DNA from: Promethearchaeota archaeon
GTDB lineage: Archaea; Asgardarchaeota; Lokiarchaeia; Sigyniarchaeales; SOKP01
DNA length: 64,000 nt
Assembly (NCBI GenBank): GCA_019058445.1
Contig: JAHPZA010000006.1
Coordinates: 1,056,001 to 1,120,000 of the forward strand
Direction: 5' to 3'
Positions 47,081 through 57,416 of the stretch are shown in pieces. The notes beneath the pieces were generated by a model. That model made no database searches. It saw only the letters and a list, made by a program, of their open reading frames with translations, and was not told the DNA's origin. Position numbers and translations under genes: made by a program. Numbering within the stretch: position 1 is the stretch's first letter; each line of letters opens with the position of its first letter.

Positions 47081-47452
47081 TTAATAAGAATACTTAAAAA
47101 AATCTCTCATTTTTAAGTTATGGACGAATTTTTTAAACCGAGTTTCTATATTGGAATCATCTAATCCCCATGGCAAATAGCCGATGATATACCGGGGGAA
47201 ATATTCCACAAACCAATTAGAATTATAAAAACAATCGCCAATAAATTGCATATATCTGATTAACTCTTCATCTGATAAATTCGGTCTTTCAAAACATATA
47301 TAGGGACATTTTTCTTTTTCATAGTGATCTTGTTCCATTCCGGAACACGACATGATGGTCGGATATCCGAGGCTATTGATTTCTTGAATGTAATGGGATA
47401 TTCCATTGTCAATACCATGTATTTCACTACTATTCCGAAATTCTTTAATCAT
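47081..47452 (-). CDS. Hypothetical protein
   Basis: 123 aa; IDNGI..INSLGYPTIMSCSG motif. Confidence 0.65.
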   Translation of the reverse strand: MIKEFRNSSEIHGIDNGISHYIQEINSLGYPTIMSCSGMEQDHYEKEKCPYICFERPNLSDEELIRYMQFIGDCFYNSNWFVEYFPRYIIGYLPWGLDDSNIETRFKKFVHNLKMRDFFKYSY

Positions 47453-47538
47453 ACTTTTCCTTACTGTGTGGTTTTTGTAATTATATCCCTAATAAATAAT
47501 AATAATTTCTCCTAAAAAAAGTATGTTTTTATGTAATA

Positions 47539-48738
47539 TTAATGATATTTATTAATTTTCCCCGGGATATTTGCAGGATAACTCTCAAATTTTTTACCCC
47601 ATTCCGTCTCCATGAACTCCTTAATCCTTTTTTTGCCGATTGTGGGGTACCAGAACATATCATGATATACTAATGAGCCTAAAATTGGTAAAGTCATGAA
47701 AAGCTTGTTATGCATTAACGGGTGTAAAAAAGATAATTTCCCTTTTCTTACCATCTGATCACCCCAAATAACTAAGCTGCGTTTTACTTCGAATTTCCAG
47801 TTTATATCGGATACATCCTCTCCAATAAGCTCAATTTGATCCACATCTCCACACCCTAACCCTTCATCATGGGCAAGTTTGATAGCAGGAAGGGTCATAG
47901 GATCAAATCCCATCATTTTAGCAACAACTGCATCAACAGCCACTTGATCATACCCAGCGAGGAGATAATTTTTTATACGGGGGATCATGGTCCTCGGTCC
48001 GGCACCATCGCCACAAACCGTTCCGTCCACAACTGCCAAGATTTCGGGATGGATTTGTTTCTGAATTATAAGAAGATCCACAAGCACTTCGCTCATATAT
48101 TGATGCGAGAAATGGCGTCTCTTAGTCAAAAGACCGCCAAAGGCGTTCTTACAACTACACGTAATGCCCCCATGCTTCATTTCGTCTTTAGTTTGACTTA
48201 AAGATCCTCCAACAGCGCCTGTATGCCCATGCGTCTTCATGGTGGGCGTATGAATAATTGGCTTCCCAAGATAAAATTGAGGAATCTTAAATCCATCGGG
48301 AAATATCTTAGAATCTAAAACGTGTAGTTCCTTATCTTTCAATGTTTCGAATTTTGAACGTAATTCATCGTCATATGGAATGAACGGAATTTTGGTTAAT
48401 GGTACAAACCAAACTCCGTATTTTTTAATTATTGGTTCCCAGCGATTCCCACTAAGTCCTTTTGCAATATTTGTCACCACCGTCCTGTTCTCTGCGGTAA
48501 AGAGCTTTTTCGGATCATAGCCATCATCAATCATAGTCTTTAATACACCCTCAACCTGCCAAGGTGGACTAGAACATGCAGGGTAAAATTTTGACCAGCT
48601 TAGGTTGAGTTTAATTATTGTTTTAAGGTCTTTAGGAAATCTTTTCTGATATTGAGCAAGATGCATCAATTTAGAATAATCTTCTAGAACCGTGTTAGGT
48701 GATGTTTTTATAACGAAAATTTTAGGGTTATCGGTCAT
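47539..48738 (-). CDS. DUF362 family protein
   Basis: IKLNLSW..PACSS, PTMKTH, KNAFGG, DGTVCGDG.GP, DQVAVDA. Confidence 0.88.
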   Translation of the reverse strand: MTDNPKIFVIKTSPNTVLEDYSKLMHLAQYQKRFPKDLKTIIKLNLSWSKFYPACSSPPWQVEGVLKTMIDDGYDPKKLFTAENRTVVTNIAKGLSGNRWEPIIKKYGVWFVPLTKIPFIPYDDELRSKFETLKDKELHVLDSKIFPDGFKIPQFYLGKPIIHTPTMKTHGHTGAVGGSLSQTKDEMKHGGITCSCKNAFGGLLTKRRHFSHQYMSEVLVDLLIIQKQIHPEILAVVDGTVCGDGAGPRTMIPRIKNYLLAGYDQVAVDAVVAKMMGFDPMTLPAIKLAHDEGLGCGDVDQIELIGEDVSDINWKFEVKRSLVIWGDQMVRKGKLSFLHPLMHNKLFMTLPILGSLVYHDMFWYPTIGKKRIKEFMETEWGKKFESYPANIPGKINKYH

Positions 48739-48822
48739 AGTTCTGTGATTTAAAATGAAGCCCTTGATTTTAATTTACCGTTAATGAAAAGAAGTCTTGA
48801 ATTTATGAGAAATCAGAGAATA

Positions 48823-49143
48823 TTATTTTAGGACCGAAATATTATTATGAAATCTAAGGGCAGTATTTATCATTTGTAGGCAATCTACAATGTCTCCCAT
48901 ACGGATCTTCATTTCTTCAATACAGTGAATATCGAATCCTTTTTGCTCTAGTGCTTCATTGATTAATCGACATGTTTCAAATATTACAGTTTTGGCTTTA
49001 TATTGAGTCTTTGCTAATTTATCGATTGCATCTTCTCTTTCTCTTAATTCTATTTGAATCTTGGAATAAAGAGATTTATATTCATCTCGCTCTTTGGTTA
49101 AATCTGCGATTTGTTCGGTAAAATTCTTTTTTCGATTAATCAT
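48823..49143 (-). CDS. Hypothetical coiled-coil protein
   Basis: 106 aa with heptad pattern. Confidence 0.65.
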   Translation of the reverse strand: MINRKKNFTEQIADLTKERDEYKSLYSKIQIELREREDAIDKLAKTQYKAKTVIFETCRLINEALEQKGFDIHCIEEMKIRMGDIVDCLQMINTALRFHNNISVLK

Positions 49144-49468
49144 TTTTTAAACTCATAAGCGGTATAATATAGTTAACTTTTCAAATAGTTATTAAAATGG
49201 CAATATTTATGAGAAAGAAGTTCGACAAAAATAATGGTTGAAAGGGCTTTAGAGGAACTAAAGCCTATCGGTCATAGATTCGTGATTGAAAATGAATGCT
49301 TTACTTTTAATTTGGCGTTAATGAAATGATGGCTTGATTTTTAGGGGAAATCAGAGTATGTCGTGTTCTTCAAGTTTTTTAATAACGAATTCTGCGTTTT
49401 TTTGAGGGGTGTAAAACTTTTAGGATTTTACAATAAATTATTTCTATTTATAACTTCATTGTTTTCCA

Positions 49469-51286
49469 TTATTTTTCCTCATTTCTTATCTGAGCTTTAA
49501 GGTTTAGTCTTAAAGATTTATTCTTGTATTTTATAACATACTCATTAGCATATCTTTTTGCTTTTAAATAAGGTGTATCAAATCTAAGGTAATTCGTGTT
49601 AACCACTTCATCATTAATTCTAAAATCATTTTTATAGCGAAGTTCATACTTGGTATTATTACTTCTGTATATAACATTATTTTCTGTTATATTTAAAGGA
49701 TTACTCATAATTCGTGTCTTAAAATCTTCATATAACTCTTCATTATTAGTTGTAACTTCTGTAATCCATATTGTATATTTACCTTTTTGTATCAATTCAT
49801 TTTCGTTTAATAGTTCCAAATTTTCTTTACCTATTAATGCTAAATTCACACTACCATATTTCATGAAACCAAAATTCTCAAAAAGATCATATTGATCAAA
49901 TTCCTCAGTAGGAAAATATGCATGAGTTTTGTATATTAATTCTTTCTCCAAAAACGCTTTTCTTTTAGGTAATTTAAAAATCGTTATGTTTATATTCTTG
50001 TCTTGAACACTATGGGGCATTCTTCCATTTCCTACCCAATTATTTGGAGAAAGACTTAAGTATTCATTGTCATCGTCATAGGGGGTAGAAGGATGTGTAA
50101 TAAATATATTAAAGTCTTTCCCTAAACATACATTCATAATGTGGTGCTGATCTCCACATTCACCAGGATGGTGAGATTGAGCAGTACTCATTGAATAATC
50201 CATTGTCTTATATGTATAAGTATTAACTTTTTGAATTGCTACACCATCAGTAAATGGCCTTAGAACTCTTGATAATATTGGTAATAGTCCAAGTTTTCTT
50301 AGTATTGGATTAGAAATCGACTTAAAGTCTTTTAAAAATTTATTGCTGTAAAGATCGTATTCATTCAACATATCAATAGTATGAGAGATGATTTCTGGAT
50401 TAGTAAATGACTCCATTTGCCATAAAACAAATCGATCCAAATCATTATTTAAATCTAACTCTTTTTTAATATCTTTTAGATCAAATCCCATTTGATCTTT
50501 GATAATTACTTCAGAATCATCTTTTGCGATATCTTTAATTATTGAAGGAACTTCATAGTTCAATCTATATTTAAAGATACTGTTAAAGTGGGTAGGATTA
50601 TAATCTGCTATTTCAAACCCGAATGCATCACATATTATTGGGGCCACATCTGCATCGGATGGTCTTTTTTTTTGCTTCTCATAACTTCTACCATGAGTTA
50701 AAGCAAAGTTTCCTTTAAAGCTGTGAGATGCCATATCAAAGAAGAGTATGTCTGTAATTATTTTTGCTTTTTCGCTAATCTGTTTATCATGTGCAAAATC
50801 AATTAAATGTAATAAAGCTGCTAAATCTTCTGCATAATACACATGAGAATGCCATTCAATAAACCCTGTGCTAAATCTTAAATTAAACCAGTGATTAATT
50901 CGATCAAAGGCATATTGGATCTTATCTTTACCTAGTTTATTTTCATTGGTAAATACTTCTGTTTCGAATAAGCTACAACCGATATACTCTATTGTTGCAA
51001 ACAGCAACTGATGATTTTCACTCCAGTAACACATGTTGTCATTACCTGGCTCTGTCATCCAATATCTGAAGTTTAGTATTGTTTGCTTTATTCTTTCTTT
51101 TATATCTTTTGGTAACTTATCATTGAACTGAATATACAATCTTTGTAATGAGATCATTCTAAAGTCATTACAATCTTCTCTAGTATCAATAAAATCACAA
51201 AAATCATATATACTTGAGAAATCATTTATTTCATTATTATTTAATAAATCTTCCATAATAAGCGGAAGATATTCTGTTATTCTCAT
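49469..51286 (-). CDS. Hypothetical protein, possibly heparinase II/III-like and of bacterial origin
   Basis: WSENHQ, GFIEWHS.VY, THGRSY, GDQHHI, WVGNGRMP motifs. Confidence 0.6.
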   Translation of the reverse strand: MRITEYLPLIMEDLLNNNEINDFSSIYDFCDFIDTREDCNDFRMISLQRLYIQFNDKLPKDIKERIKQTILNFRYWMTEPGNDNMCYWSENHQLLFATIEYIGCSLFETEVFTNENKLGKDKIQYAFDRINHWFNLRFSTGFIEWHSHVYYAEDLAALLHLIDFAHDKQISEKAKIITDILFFDMASHSFKGNFALTHGRSYEKQKKRPSDADVAPIICDAFGFEIADYNPTHFNSIFKYRLNYEVPSIIKDIAKDDSEVIIKDQMGFDLKDIKKELDLNNDLDRFVLWQMESFTNPEIISHTIDMLNEYDLYSNKFLKDFKSISNPILRKLGLLPILSRVLRPFTDGVAIQKVNTYTYKTMDYSMSTAQSHHPGECGDQHHIMNVCLGKDFNIFITHPSTPYDDDNEYLSLSPNNWVGNGRMPHSVQDKNINITIFKLPKRKAFLEKELIYKTHAYFPTEEFDQYDLFENFGFMKYGSVNLALIGKENLELLNENELIQKGKYTIWITEVTTNNEELYEDFKTRIMSNPLNITENNVIYRSNNTKYELRYKNDFRINDEVVNTNYLRFDTPYLKAKRYANEYVIKYKNKSLRLNLKAQIRNEEK

Positions 51287-51368
51287 CTTTATTTAAAGTG
51301 CAAACCATATAAATTTCATTTATGATTTAATTCTTTTTGCTAACCACTGCTCTTTGAGTGATAACCGA

Positions 51369-52064
51369 TTATATATGTTGTTTGAAGTAGAGTCCCTTTT
51401 TTAGCTTATTAAAGACGGTTTTAGCATGTACAAATGGACTTGATAGCTCTCCCATGCTCTTAGATTTATTTGCTAATAAACATTCTCTAATACTCTCAAA
51501 AGAATTATTAACATCTTCGATAGATGTATAGCCATTTCCAATTTCTTCATTAGAATGAGCATCAGAACCGCCAGTTTCAAAAAATTGATAGGACTTATTA
51601 AATTTTCTTGCCTTTTTAACGCATCTTTTAAAAATTATTCTGGAATTAATGATTTCGATTCCATCTATATATTTTTTAATAAGATCATCTGATAATAAAT
51701 CAATTTTTAACCGATTATTTCTTAAAAAATCAAAAGGATGAGGAATGACCACTAATCCATTATTTTCTTTTATTTTTTCTACTATTGAAATAAAATCATT
51801 ATTTCGAATGCTAATTTCCTCATTTATAAAAAGGCCGATGACTTCTCCAATATGGGTCTTAATTTCCATACCTGGAATGATGATTAAATCATTGTTTCTA
51901 TTTTTTTTTTTCAAAATATGATATGCCTTTAAAGTATCGTGGTCAGTAATAGCAAAACCATCCAAATTCTTCTTTTTGGCATATTTTATAGCATTATCAG
52001 GAGTAATAAGAGAATCTCCAGAATAATGAGTATGAATATGGAGGTCCAATTTCATTGCATTCAA
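51369..52064 (-). CDS. PHP-domain phosphoesterase
   Basis: DLHIHT.YS.D, AITDH, GMEI, PHPF, GGSDAH. Confidence 0.92.
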   Translation of the reverse strand: MNAMKLDLHIHTHYSGDSLITPDNAIKYAKKKNLDGFAITDHDTLKAYHILKKKNRNNDLIIIPGMEIKTHIGEVIGLFINEEISIRNNDFISIVEKIKENNGLVVIPHPFDFLRNNRLKIDLLSDDLIKKYIDGIEIINSRIIFKRCVKKARKFNKSYQFFETGGSDAHSNEEIGNGYTSIEDVNNSFESIRECLLANKSKSMGELSSPFVHAKTVFNKLKKGLYFKQHI

Positions 52065-52088
52065 TATGAGATCCCCTAGATTAATGTA

Positions 52089-53051
52089 TTAAAAACTGTT
52101 AAAATTATTAAACCACATCTCTAATATGTTAAAAATGGCTTCCCAATAGTAAGAATAGGATAAAATTGCTATAAGACAAATTCCCGCAAGAATTATCCCC
52201 TTATCAAAAAACGCCTTTTCCGTATTTCTGGCTATTTCTGGATGAGAAGTCGTTAAATAAATATACCTTAGAATGATGTAAAGAAACGTTGGTATTGTTA
52301 GAATTGCGAAATATTCATGAATATTGACAGTCTCTGCTTGAAATAGTCCAAAGTGGAGTATTAAATAAATCGAATATGTGAGAAATAATGAGCTTGAGAC
52401 CATATTCTGAAACTGGGTTAAAATATTTAAATCGTATTTTTCATAACTCTTTCTATGCTTGGATGCATTTTCTTCTCCTAATAAAATCAAATCCCCCTTT
52501 CTTTTAGCAACAACTAAAAACAATGCAATTTCAAAAATAGCTAAGAATAGCCAAGGAGAGATAAAAACGTGAATAAGAAAACATCCAGCTAAAGCTCTCC
52601 ATAAATAAATTATCGATAGAGAAAGCATATCTAGAAAGGCATAACGTTTAAATACATGATTATAAAGCTGTCCCGTTATAAGAATTAAAATAATCATAAT
52701 TGTAAAATTCATATTTTGAATAATAAAAGTAACCGAAAAAAAAATTATTCCAGACAATAAAATAATTACCAGTAGTGCAAATTTTACGGATAATTCTCCA
52801 GTAGCAAGTGGTCTTTTATCCAATCCTATTATTCTGTCCTTTTCTATATCTCTAATATCATTAATGATGTAATTAATTGAAGAGGCACAGCATAATAAAA
52901 TAAAACCTAAAATGAGAGTGAAATAAAGAGAGGAATCTAGTAAACTTTCACTAAAAAAAGCTCCCCAGAAAATTAGAGTATTTTTGTAATATTGCCTAAC
53001 TCGTAAGAGGTTCAAATAATTTTTAATTCTTCTTGACATTATAAATTTCAA
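52089..53051 (-). CDS. UbiA-family prenyltransferase, decaprenyl-phosphate phosphoribosyltransferase type
   Basis: LRVRQYYKN, YIINDIRDIEKD, KRPLATG, RALAG, KRKGDL. Confidence 0.88.
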   Translation of the reverse strand: MKFIMSRRIKNYLNLLRVRQYYKNTLIFWGAFFSESLLDSSLYFTLILGFILLCCASSINYIINDIRDIEKDRIIGLDKRPLATGELSVKFALLVIILLSGIIFFSVTFIIQNMNFTIMIILILITGQLYNHVFKRYAFLDMLSLSIIYLWRALAGCFLIHVFISPWLFLAIFEIALFLVVAKRKGDLILLGEENASKHRKSYEKYDLNILTQFQNMVSSSLFLTYSIYLILHFGLFQAETVNIHEYFAILTIPTFLYIILRYIYLTTSHPEIARNTEKAFFDKGIILAGICLIAILSYSYYWEAIFNILEMWFNNFNSF

Positions 53052-53066
53052 AAAAACGCATGTAAA

Positions 53067-55583
53067 TTAAAGTTTATTAAGGTAAAAAATGCTTCTTGGT
53101 TTAAACTTATATAAAATTTTGTACCCCAGTCTGCTAAACATACTCGTTTCAGATTTTAATTGCATCATAGCAGTACTATATTCAAAATTTATTAATTCCA
53201 TTGACTTATACTCAATTTCTTTTTCTTTTCCAAATATATTTTTAACAATAATATAATTGTCGGAATCATGTTTTTCATTAGCTGAATTTTGTTTTAATTT
53301 ATTACTATTAACTTTCACCTGTAGAATTCTTCCGATTTCTAAATTATTTACAGGTTTTTTTAGATAAATATATGAATAAGTCTGATTGCTTATCATCCAG
53401 TTAATTAAATTAATTTCAGAATCCCTATAATCTAAATTATTGCTAATCGAGAGATAAATTGTTTTTGGTCGTATTATTAAATCTTTCAGAGGAAATTTCA
53501 AGTTATTTTCATCAGTAAAATCGACTAGTTCCAATTCATAATCATCCAAAATTTCAGCCGGAATTACCCTCTTGCATTTAAAAACCTTTAATTTACCTTT
53601 CATTTTAAGGAAAACATCTTTATCCTCAAAATTTTTTATAATATCGTCTGAATTGGGCAATTTCGTTTTCTTAATAGACTTTAGAATTTTTTTACCTTCA
53701 GCAAGAAAGATATAGTTTCCCTCTTTCTTATCTTCATTTAAGCTGATGTCATTTAAGATAAAAGGTTTGTTTTTAAAATAAAAAACTCCATCGAATTTTA
53801 CCATAGATTTACTATACAAAGAAGCATTGAGATATTCCTTTTGATTAGTTTTTAAATTGGTAATAATATATTGATCAGCATCACATATATCATCAAGAAA
53901 TTGAATATTATCTAATCTACCGATAATGAGCTCCTCTGTAATTAAATTTTTGAATATGAAATCTTTTTTAAGTTCATATTTATATAACTCTTTTCTTTCA
54001 AGTGCTTCGAAAATTAATGATAAATTGTCAATTTCAAAGAGTTCTTTAAATTTCTCATTGGCTATAATTTTAAAGACCTTACGTGCCTGTTCAAATTTCA
54101 TTGCATATTTAATTTGCTTCGATCTTTTTAAACAAATAAATGGAAGTAGTGATTCTTTACCAGGTTTTAATTCTTCACTTAAAATTGCTGCGATTCTAAA
54201 ATATGAGGGGGGATGAGAATTCATAAAATTAGCTAAAAGTGATCCTCTGGAAGGTTTAATCATTGAACGATATAAATATTCAGCTGTTTTAATAAAATCT
54301 AACATTTTATTATCTAATTCTATTTTTTCGTCGCATAATAGCATCGTGTTTAATCCAAATTCGCGACCTGTTGCATAAAAGCTTTCTAAATTATAAAGTG
54401 CTTTAGCTAACTCTTTAGCATATCCAGAATTCTTTGTATGCATATCAGCTTTTCCTTCCAGAATTCTTACGAATATATAAATGAACATATAAATCACTAA
54501 ATTAAGAATAATGAAGTAAATCATTGGAATCTTCGGATCACCAAATGTGTAATCATAGTAAGTTGCGGGTAAATCTAAAATCATTCGTATAAACAAATCA
54601 AGGCTTGCTATAATAGTAAGAATCAGAGTATGATTGCCTTTTGTGTGGGCTAATTCATGAGCAACTATTCCTTTCAACTCATCTTCAGGTATTTGATCTT
54701 TAGATTCTGCAATTACAGCAATTCTTTTATCAAAAAAGGATCCATAGGCCATGGCATTTAAAATCGGATATGTTCCAAAACCTACCCTCACTTTTCCTTT
54801 AATACCAATATCTCTCTTAACAGTTTCAACTAAATTTAATAACTCCTCATCTTCGACTTTTTTAATACCTAACAATTTGTCAAGAATTGGGCCAGAAACG
54901 AAGTATACTATCCAATTAACTATAATTAATACCGGATATATTAATTGGACTTCAAATGGACCAAAGGGAGTATGGATACTAAAGTCGATTGGAGTATATT
55001 GGGTAATAAAAATAACTGCCAGCCACGCAATTATATATAAAAATAATACCAGATAAGCCGGGCTCATAAACCTCCAAACTACAATATACTTTCTTCCAAA
55101 TAATATAAATCCAAGTATCAAAATAATCCAAAAAGAAAAAGCAAAAGCAGTATTAAGATAAAAGGGATTATTTAAATATGCAGAAAATAAGCCAGCTATG
55201 AATATTACATTATACGTTACCAAAGAGATTACAAGAATTTTATTAAGTATTGGATAATCTTTCAATTCGAATATTCCGAACCATAAATAGATGCTAAAAG
55301 CACCCATCAATGATGTAAGTAAATCTTTTGTAAAGAAAAAGATTAAAAAGAAGAAAAATGCAATTGCTACAAGATCGCTCATTTCGCTACGGCGTCCAAT
55401 CTTAGCCCAATGTATAAATTCTTGAATCGATATTAAATAAAGAAAGGCAGCAACATAAAAACTCCAATCAATTAAAATTTCAGACCAGGTCGGCTGAAAT
55501 ATTACAAATCCAAGCAAATAGAAGGTAATTATTGAGCTAAAAATATAAAATATTAGAAGTAAAAACCTCGCAACTTTTTTCAA
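53067..55583 (-). CDS. Large M48 (HtpX/Ste24) membrane zinc metalloprotease with long C-terminal extension
   Basis: About 7 N-terminal TMs, NAMAYG, HELAH, EGKAD, SHPP..RI. Confidence 0.88.
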   Translation of the reverse strand: MKKVARFLLLIFYIFSSIITFYLLGFVIFQPTWSEILIDWSFYVAAFLYLISIQEFIHWAKIGRRSEMSDLVAIAFFFFLIFFFTKDLLTSLMGAFSIYLWFGIFELKDYPILNKILVISLVTYNVIFIAGLFSAYLNNPFYLNTAFAFSFWIILILGFILFGRKYIVVWRFMSPAYLVLFLYIIAWLAVIFITQYTPIDFSIHTPFGPFEVQLIYPVLIIVNWIVYFVSGPILDKLLGIKKVEDEELLNLVETVKRDIGIKGKVRVGFGTYPILNAMAYGSFFDKRIAVIAESKDQIPEDELKGIVAHELAHTKGNHTLILTIIASLDLFIRMILDLPATYYDYTFGDPKIPMIYFIILNLVIYMFIYIFVRILEGKADMHTKNSGYAKELAKALYNLESFYATGREFGLNTMLLCDEKIELDNKMLDFIKTAEYLYRSMIKPSRGSLLANFMNSHPPSYFRIAAILSEELKPGKESLLPFICLKRSKQIKYAMKFEQARKVFKIIANEKFKELFEIDNLSLIFEALERKELYKYELKKDFIFKNLITEELIIGRLDNIQFLDDICDADQYIITNLKTNQKEYLNASLYSKSMVKFDGVFYFKNKPFILNDISLNEDKKEGNYIFLAEGKKILKSIKKTKLPNSDDIIKNFEDKDVFLKMKGKLKVFKCKRVIPAEILDDYELELVDFTDENNLKFPLKDLIIRPKTIYLSISNNLDYRDSEINLINWMISNQTYSYIYLKKPVNNLEIGRILQVKVNSNKLKQNSANEKHDSDNYIIVKNIFGKEKEIEYKSMELINFEYSTAMMQLKSETSMFSRLGYKILYKFKPRSIFYLNKL

Positions 55584-55747
55584 TGGAAATACCTTTTGAA
55601 TTAAATTTATTGTTATATCTTTTAAAATATGAATTTAAACCTATAATAATACAAAAAAACGTTCATAAAAACGCAAAATATTATGTTTAAGAAATGATAA
55701 GTACCTTATAAAATATCAACTTGTATGGTTTTAAAATTAATTTTTTA

Positions 55748-57118
55748 CTAAACTACCTCTTTAAGGTCTTTCATTTTATCAATTTGAGTCCAGAAATATT
55801 TAATTGTTATATAATACCAGAATAGTAGCATCGGAAAATAGAGTATAAAAGAGAAGGCAATATTTACAGGAACTTTAACAAAAATCAAATTAATATCTGG
55901 GTATTTTAAAGGCATTATTAACAAATCAATTATTATTATGAACACAATGCTAGCGAGTAATAAGAGGATCATTAAAGCAATAATACCCCTAATTCGAGGA
56001 AATTTATTTAATAGAAAAACAGTAGGTATGATGAGAATGCCAATAATTATAAGAGGAATAAATATATCTAGTAGCCCCTGTGTCCATTGCATTAATAAAA
56101 CAGCTATGATTGAGAAAAATCCACATATAATTGAAATTATGAAAAAATTCTTAACTAACTCTGGCTCTCTTAATGGTCCTTTCGCCAGAAGTAACCTAGG
56201 TAGGGTTAGTGCTGCGCCTCTTTGATCAGAAGCTTTAATCAAATCGTTTTCTAATAAAAAAATATCTGATTTAGTTTCACTAATTTCAGAGCTTTCAATA
56301 AATCCTTTAACAGAACTAATAACATAAAAGCTATTAAAAATATGAATTAAAAGAACACAGAATACTGCGACCTCTATAGAACCAAATAATGCAATACATG
56401 CAAACATTGCGCCAATACTCAATGTTCCAACATCTCCAGGAAATACTCTCGCTGGATATCTATTAAATAAAAAAAAAGGAAGTATAACCGCAAGAGCAAT
56501 AATTGAAAAGATTAATGCCTCTGCTGAATTCCAGATAATAGAACAGATTAAAATGAAAGCAATTGCTATTAAGCACGTACCGCTACCTTCACCATTGTAT
56601 CCCTCCAACATATTTACCGTATTAGCAAATACCGCTACTATTACAGGAATTAATAATGGATATATAATAGTCAACCTTGTTTTCCCAAGGAATGGAATGG
56701 TAGGAGACGTTATATGAATAAAACCCAAATAATGTGCGAAAAATATAATGCTACCCGTAAATATGGTCAATACAATCTTATATCGTGATCTTAGCTTTAT
56801 TCTATCATCTATAAAACCTATCATTCCTGCCAAAATAACTGTGAGACTAAAAATTAGTATCTCGTTAAAGAATAGCGGAAAAAAGATTATTAAAAAAATA
56901 GATGAGATAGATACTCCTAAAACCATACTAATCCCTCCTGATTCTGCCACTTCAGGATTCTCATTTTTATGAATATCATATCCTACATAACCTTTCTTTT
57001 TCATTAGTTTGATAATATAAGGAAGAACTATGAATGTGACCATAAATCCAATGATAAAAACTAAAATTAGATAAAAAACTTCTATAATCCCCCAGTGCAA
57101 CTCGGAGATATGAATCAT
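55748..57118 (-). CDS. aglH: UDP-GlcNAc:dolichyl-phosphate GlcNAc-1-phosphotransferase (ALG7/AglH, MraY family)
   Basis: GYDIHK, VAESGG, GFIDD, NTVNMLEGYNG, FNRYPARVFPGDVG. Confidence 0.88.
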   Translation of the reverse strand: MIHISELHWGIIEVFYLILVFIIGFMVTFIVLPYIIKLMKKKGYVGYDIHKNENPEVAESGGISMVLGVSISSIFLIIFFPLFFNEILIFSLTVILAGMIGFIDDRIKLRSRYKIVLTIFTGSIIFFAHYLGFIHITSPTIPFLGKTRLTIIYPLLIPVIVAVFANTVNMLEGYNGEGSGTCLIAIAFILICSIIWNSAEALIFSIIALAVILPFFLFNRYPARVFPGDVGTLSIGAMFACIALFGSIEVAVFCVLLIHIFNSFYVISSVKGFIESSEISETKSDIFLLENDLIKASDQRGAALTLPRLLLAKGPLREPELVKNFFIISIICGFFSIIAVLLMQWTQGLLDIFIPLIIIGILIIPTVFLLNKFPRIRGIIALMILLLLASIVFIIIIDLLIMPLKYPDINLIFVKVPVNIAFSFILYFPMLLFWYYITIKYFWTQIDKMKDLKEVV

Positions 57119-57256
57119 TTTGTGTACTCCTTTTTGTTTCTTAAAAATTCTTTAACCAGTGAAATTTAAGGTTTAAAATATTTGCTTAATAAAAATCTTT
57201 TATCTTTTAATTACTAATTTAATACGAGTAAAGATTTATGAAAAAAGAGAGAAAAA

Positions 57257-57389
57257 TAGCCCGGCACGGATTCGAACCGTGGTTTCCCGCTTCTTGGTTC
57301 GAAACCAAGAAGTCACGGGGTTCAAGGCCCCATTCGCAGTAGAAAGATTTAACCCATCTACTGATGCTTGGCCACTACACCACCGGGCT
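57257..57389 (-). tRNA. tRNA-Gln (UUG) with two non-canonical introns (about 57334-57363 near 25/26, and 57284-57313 at 45/46)
   Basis: A1-U72 acceptor AGCCCGG/CCGGGCT, T-arm CACGG-TTCGAAT-CCGTG, anticodon loop CCTTGAA; 73 nt after removing two 30-nt hairpin introns. Confidence 0.85.
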
Positions 57390-57416
57390 GAATATTGTTC
57401 AAATGTTTATAAAATT

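Noticed and set aside
47081-47452. TYW3/Taw3 methyltransferase call from the TIMSCSG motif
   Set aside because: Too short and lacks the SCSGR and downstream His motifs; left as hypothetical.
49144-49468. UGA-readthrough ORF on the plus strand (..AAT GGT TGA AAG..)
   Set aside because: The frame closes at TAG soon after and has no redox motif; more likely decayed sequence.
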